NCBI GenBank assembly: GCA_011109175.1
Contig: RDEW01000069.1
Coordinates: forward strand, 102,184 to 166,183
Direction of reading: 5' to 3'
Source: Dicyema japonicum
Taxonomy: Eukaryota > Animalia > Dicyemida
Length of the DNA: 64,000 bases
A program made the position numbers and the translations under genes. A model generated the notes under the pieces. That model was not told the DNA's origin. It worked only from the letters and a program-made list of their open reading frames with translations, and did not search any database. Numbering within the stretch: position 1 is the stretch's first letter; each line of letters begins with the position of its first letter. This document shows positions 57,640-64,000 of the stretch, piece after piece.

Positions 57640-60514
57640 GTGGCTTGAGGGACACAGGGCGAGCCATACCAAGTGCCCCCTGTATCAGGAGGCGACGGAG
57701 AAGGTACCACAGGGGAGAAGGCAGGCGCCCTCCTCTGGAGTGGTCAGTGATGTAAGCGCTGTCCACCGCGTGGTAAGTCGATACTGTAGCAGCACAGGTT
57801 CAACGTTCCCTAATGCGCTTAGGGACATTGCGCTCTGCGATAGGAAGGTAAGTGCGGCGAAGTGATGTTACGCATCATTTCAGTTAATGTTAGGTCCCTC
57901 CGGAGAAGAAGGAAGGCCATCGAGGATCTTCTGGACTCTTTGGAGGTGGACATCTTGGTCCTTAACGAGACCAAGAGTAAGGATACGGCTGCTGCAGGCT
58001 TTAAAGGCTATACTAGTTGTCATCTCTTGTGGAATGACACACATAGAGGTTCGGGCACTAGTATCTATTGGAGGACGAGTCTAGCAGCAGTCGTCCAAGG
58101 TATTTCAAATTGTCCTCATTGCGAGTTAATATTATTACGAATCAGATTATCTAGCTTTAGCGTTGTTATAGGGGCAATGTATGCCAAGCAGTTGTGGTTG
58201 TGTAAGGACCACATTAAAACTGTATTTGACATTCATCCCCATTGCGTTATTTTTGGTGATCTGAATGCTAAGCATTCAGATTTTGGCTGTTTTGTTAATA
58301 ATAGGGCTGGATCAGCACTCCGGGAATTAGCTTGGAATCTTGGGCTCTCAGTCACTACATCGACGGACCCCAATCACAAAGATACACGAGGAGGAGAGGA
58401 CTTCTTGGGTATGGCCGTAGCCTCCCCTTCATTAATTGGTATGCTCTCTGTACCTCGTGTTCTTAGGGACATCGGAAGCGATCACCGTCCCCTACTCACC
58501 GAGCTTCACGAACCTGTTCGACCTCAGGCCCCAATTGGCTATGACTTGGGCTCTGGCACTTGGGATAACCTGGAGTCGTTCATGGATAGAAAACTCCCTT
58601 CTCTCAAAGGGCAAGTTTGTAGTGAAGCGGACGTGGAGGAATTGGATGCCACCCTGGGTGGTATCCTCGAGGAATACATGCGGACTAACTTCCGGTTACG
58701 TCCGCAGGTGGAGGCTCCGCACGAATTCCAGGCCTGATTTTAAGTAAGATAACACTTAGAAAGAGGTACCTGCGGTTCAAAGCGAGGAGCACGTATGAAG
58801 AGAACCGGATCTTCTACCAGAAGAAGGTAAACACCTTACGAAGGGAAATCCGGAAGGCGCTCGTCGACTATCAGAGCAACAAATGGAGGAGGGCCTGCGA
58901 GAGGGTGAACCCCGCATGGCCGGACTTCTGGAGTCAGCTGAAGCGCCTGTCGGGCAGAGGGGAAGAGTCATCTGCGCGTACCCTGTGTCGTGCGGACGGT
59001 TCTAAAACCTCTGACCCGACTGAAATAGCGAGCATCTTTGCAGGTAGCTTTAGGGCAGTTACTGCAGTTCGACCAGAGAACTTTGTCGAGTTAACAGCTC
59101 GACAAAGTATAGAGGACGTCATCTCTACGGAGAGACGGAAGTTGAGCCACTCTCGGGGATCCCGAAGGTGGCATGCATCACCGAGGAGGAGGTCCGGGCC
59201 GCGATAAGTAAATCGAAGAACAACGCACCGGGCCAAGACAAGATCCCCATGGCCCTTTTCAAGAAAGGACCTGGAAGTCTCGTGAACACCTTGGTAAGAT
59301 TGTACAACGGTAGCTACAGGTTGGGTTACGTTCCTAGGCGTTGGAAGGAAGCGGAACTGGTTTTTGTAAGGAAACCAGGAAAACCTCCTGAAGACCCTAG
59401 TAGCTACCGCCCTATAAGCTTGTTACCTGCCGTTGCTAAAATCTTAGAGAGAGTGATACACCAGAGGTTAACCCAGGAATGCATAATAAAAGACACCCTC
59501 TCGGACCTTCAGATGGGATTCCGTGAGGGGCGTTCCTGTGGGGACTGCCTTGGAGGTTGAGCTCTCAGATTCGTGAAAGGAGTAAAAAGCAATGCACAGC
59601 CGCGTTGTTCCTGGATGTGGAGAGGGCGTTCGACTCGGTCTGGCATGACGGCCTCCGTTGCGCCCTCGCAGAAGGAGGAATATCTCTGGAACTAAGGAGC
59701 TGGTTATCAAGCTTCTTAGAGGATCGGATGAACTACGTAAGGCATAAAGGTTGCCGATCTAGTTTGTTTAGATCTAACCGGGGAGTTCCACAAGGGTCGG
59801 TTCTGAGCCCCACCCTTTTTAACATATACATGTCTACACTCCCCCACCCGGCCAATGTGAGGACGGAGATGGCTGTCTATGCGGACGACATAGTACTCTG
59901 GGATCACTCGTGGAAACCAGATGTAGCGTGTCGGAGGATTCAAGTAGCTGTCAATGAAATCATACGCTGGTGTGGGAGCAGAGGACTCAGGCTGAGACCT
60001 GAGAAATGCAAGTTGTTAGTTTTTGGCCGCCCTAAGCGGTCTAATAATTTAATACCTAGAGTAACCATCTATGGGGTACCTATAGAGGTTACTGGGCGGA
60101 CGAGCTACCTTGGAGTGACATTCAACTCCAAGTGTAGTTTCCAGGAGCACACCGCCCTCGTTAAGAGGCGGGCTGTGCAAAGATTAGGAGCGTTGAGGGC
60201 TTTTCAGCTGAGTCGCGATGCCTGGGCCAAAGTGTTCAACGCCATGGTGCTGCCTATGCTCACTTATGGTGCGCACTCCTGGTATTGCAGTGAGGAACGC
60301 GAAAAGTGCCTCACCAACTTGAGGAAGTTTCGGCGGCGGGCAATACGGAATTCCCTAGGATTGTGTTATAGAGCGCCGCTGCCCGAAAGAGGATATCCGG
60401 ATTTTAAGGACCCGGAGGAAGTTATTAAAAAGATCTTGAAAATAAATTAAAGAAGGAGGCACGGGGAAGACGAAAGTGATGGCACGAAAACGCTGCCGCA
60501 AGGCGGTGAAAGGG
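57640..60514 (+). mobile_element. LINE family A copy outside the array (5'-truncated, lacks the last ~70 nt and tail)
   Basis: Near-identical to 41710-44580; ORF2 57865-60450 with 1-bp indels. Confidence 0.93.
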
Positions 60515-60840
60515 TTTCTACAACTTTAACCTATATACCTACCACATGGTCCAGTTTATAACTTTGAAAAAATGAACTTTTTGATTATTTTTAGCCGTAC
60601 TGATGAAATGGATCCTTAGAGAAAGATCCTTCTACATTATAATATGAGAAGCTTCAAGATATCCACATAAAGAGAAAATATCGAGACTACATCTTTTTGG
60701 TTGAACTAGCTGATGTGGTTCTTTCACACATATCGATAAGGATTAAAATAATATCTTTATGGAGACAATGATTTGAGTTCATTATGTTATAAATGATTTT
60801 ATCCATAAGAATTATTATTCGTCCTGAGAGAAATAAATAT

Positions 60841-61092
60841 AAGCATTAAAGGAATTGACGAATATGAGGATGTCTCACGCGTGGTTCAGTGACTCTTCTC
60901 AAATAAACCTTCTATTGGAATTTATTTTAGAGATGTCAAAGGCTTGGAAAAACTCAGGCTGGTCGTTCGCGACTCGGTCCTCCTGGCTTTCCGAGTGAAT
61001 ATGGGGATCGATGGCAGGGCTGCTTTTCACACGGGAGCGGACATTTCCCCACAGTCAGCGGTTGAACATGCTGTGCCTGCTACGAGGAGGAA
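60841..61092 (+). mobile_element. Diverged relative of the family-A ORF1 5' region
   Basis: SIKGIDEYEDVSRVV and [22 protein letters not shown] homology with many substitutions. Confidence 0.75.
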
Positions 61093-62559
61093 GACATTTG
61101 AGACATAAGTTTTCAATGGGATAACAGACCGAATTCAAGAATATTCATATTTCAGAATTGTTAAGAATTTATAATTAATTTAATGATACAATCAAACTGT
61201 CTAAAAAAATTCAAAGAAAAAGAACATCCAGGAACCAGTAGCCATAACTCCATAGAATAATTTTATGGCCATCAATATCTTGGATGTCAAAAATGTAATC
61301 ATCATATACAAAAAAGGCTAACGTTATGAAATATGGAATTCAATATTAACTGAAAGTGTTAAAAAACCGATGTCTAGAGTATTATTAAGAACTTCAAAAA
61401 AAACACACATATCTGAAGAAAATTTATTCAATTATTTTTCTATTTCAGGTAAAAATTTAGTTGATGAGAATCAGTAAGTAAATATTATAATTGATGAAAT
61501 CCTCAGACACAGAAAAAAAATTTTCAGGAATTTATGTAACCAAAAGGATGATTTTTCAAATGCAAGTTAATGAATCTAAATACGCGTTTTAAATGATTAT
61601 GGGACGAATCCATGGCTAAAGTTGAACAGATTTGAATCTCCATATGAAGAGATAAGTAAAACTACTCAATTTTTGTCAAACATCCAATCGAGGTTTATTT
61701 AATTTTTTATAACAGATTAAGGCACGTTCAGGTTAGGTTAAAATAGTCAACATGAGTCGAGTCAATTAAATATAGCTTTAAAAAAATAAATTCTTTGATT
61801 CAAAATCAATTAATATTGATTGAATAACAGGAGGTGACATGTCTTTTGAAAGGTGAAATGTTACCAGCACTAGATGGGTAACCCGGGCAAGACGCGGCAG
61901 ACTTTGTAGCTGATTACAATCAAAGGTTATCTCCTTTATAAAAAGTATTTATTATATATATTTTTAGTACAGAAAAATCGTCGATAATAATTTGTATAAA
62001 ATCAAAAAGGTAGCCAGGATAAAGATGAAATAGGTTATGCAACGAAACCAATGCTCAAACAATAAAAATCGATAGTGAAGATTCAATATAGTTCGAATAA
62101 AATGAAGTAAATGTTATTTTTCTCTTCGAATTATATATTTTATTGGATTATTGATATAAACCAGGTGAAAAAAAGCTCAAAACTGCGGACAAGCAGACAA
62201 TTTGAGATCGATTGCATTCGACAGAGGAGATTAACTCTAAATATTGTTTTGAGTGTTCCCCATGCGGTGCTATAAACATGTTGGCTTTCGTGAAAGTACC
62301 TTAATAATAATAATAAATTGAATTACTGAAAATATTCTTGACATGATGCAGATCATAACAATTCGAACAAACAGACTAAAAAGAAATATTAACAAAAGAA
62401 TATTAATAGGGGGAAATCAAATAGTAAAAAATAATCCATATTCATAGGTTAACAAAATATAAAATATATATTAGACATTTTGATAACAACCTTCAACACT
62501 ATTTGATGAATCCAATTATATAATGTTTGACAATACAACAGACGAATATTGTAAAATGG

Positions 62560-62920
62560 AAAAAGACCTGACAGGATTACCCTTTTCCCCTTCACGTCTG
62601 GAAGATCTTTGGTCTGGGAAGCAACTTGTGTAGACACGTTCTCAAGCAAGAATATTTTCAAATCGGTTCAGACACCTGGAACGGCTGCTTCGACTGCGGA
62701 GAACCTACAAAATCAAAAATATTCTTGCCTCGGGGATCGCTACCGATTTACTCCTGTTGCGACCGAATCATCGGGAGCCGTCGGTCCAATGACGGCCGAG
62801 TTCTTGCGAGAACTCGGAGGATTGTTTGCCGGAAAGAAAAGGATATACGAGAGTGCTTATGGCTAAGACAAAAGATTGGAATAGCCATACTCCGAGGGAA
62901 CTCGTATACAATAAAATAAA
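62560..62920 (+). mobile_element. CRE-clade RLE 3' fragment
   Basis: KRPD, VWEATCVDTF, RYRFTPVATESSG, LRQKIGIAILRGN. Confidence 0.8.
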
Positions 62921-63369
62921 AACAAGCAGTACACCACAAGAACGAGGTAAGTGCATGCTGATTAATATATAAGTGTATTCATAGGTTCGCCATATTATAA
63001 AACAATTTTTAAATTATATATGTATTAAATTAATTTAAAATAGTCACAATTTGACTTTAATTAATAATCCTACTATAATTTTTGTCGGTTAAGTGGATGA
63101 TACTCCTAATAGTTTCTAAGTTCAAACATTTTTCTTTTGTGAAAAATTTTGCCTTATTTAAAGTTAAAGCATCTTAGTTGTTAGATTAATAGTTAGGTTT
63201 AGATTCCAGTAAATTACAATAGAACGAACATAATAGTAACCCTGCTAAGTGACTACAAGCTATTAATATTTCTATATATAAAATGAGATTTTCTGTGTTC
63301 GTGGCCTCTGTATATCACGTTATGTCAACTTATAAACCAGATGATTATTTCATAAGTATTACAGACTCT

Positions 63370-63720
63370 TCCTTTTACACAGATCGTATTATGTTTCGGG
63401 AATCGTCCAGCAATTCTTCGGAAAGATAGGGCGTGATGTCCATAACAGTACTACCGCTCCGCATTTGAGTCAGCAAATCTTCAGTCCAGGCCTGCTGGAG
63501 ATACTGACGCAGAATCTATCGTCGTCAATGTGATTCCCGACACGGGAGGGCATTGATCAAGCACCACTTCATTCGCAACTTCCAGTGACTAACAGGAATG
63601 TCGGTGTTGGTTTATTGGTTCAGAAGCCTCTCATATTTATTTTACATACGACTCTCTGCTCAGCAGCTTGACTTTCAAATGCTCATATCTCTGATCTCTG
63701 ACGACTCTGTTGGGAGTTGG
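63370..63720 (-). mobile_element. Degenerate CRE-like fragment
   Basis: Resembles 1560-1800 at nucleotide level (CATAACAGT..., CTTCCAGTGACT, CTGTTGG.AGTTG). Confidence 0.45.
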
Positions 63721-64000
63721 AAAATTCCTAAACACACAACATTATTAGCTAACCATCAAAATTGGTGGCAATCACTCTCTTCCTTTTACAGGAATGTACC
63801 ACAGACTGATAATTATCCCTTTGTCTATAGTCAGCCACACATCATTTCCGTAAGTTGATTAGAGATAGAGATTAGATCTTTATCGGAAACCTTAATCTCA
63901 TGCATGTTTTTGATAATTATAGTTTCTAAAGTATTTTTAAATCGACGAATCAAATGTAAATTCTTATATCTTCCAAAGGATAGCCCATCGACATAACTAT

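Overview
AT-rich eukaryotic window with 20-29 nt spliceosomal introns and a CFAP251-like cilia gene. A reduced, fast-evolving animal such as a dicyemid is one candidate (inference). The sequence carries many 1-bp indels that look like consensus errors. Position 1-13.7 kb holds a WDR7-like gene end and transposon debris (CRE-clade and R2/R4-type non-LTR elements, a hAT end, several ~94-153 bp tandem duplications). Position 13.8-54.2 kb is a tandem array of about six ~3.5-kb core-histone units (H3>, <H2A, H2B>, H4>; no H1 and no 3' stem-loop seen) with strongly divergent histones. Every unit carries a non-LTR retrotransposon insertion at a histone 5' end. The main family ('A': CCHC-knuckle ORF1 plus APE-RT ORF2) and its ORF1-only derivative insert in sense orientation within ~60 nt upstream of histone ATGs. 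ORF1 shows no start codon of its own at its 5' end and is fused in frame to the first 18-30 histone codons. Some copies carry an H2B head into H3 loci, and a complete histone ORF usually restarts downstream of the element. A second LINE family ('B') sits just upstream of an H2A ATG, and a fossil RT fragment is fixed in every spacer. After the array come a truncated CFAP251-like gene, TVP23, the 3' part of an ACSL gene, a stray family-A copy and more CRE debris. Best candidate novelty: a histone-gene-targeting LINE system that appears to borrow histone promoters and start codons.
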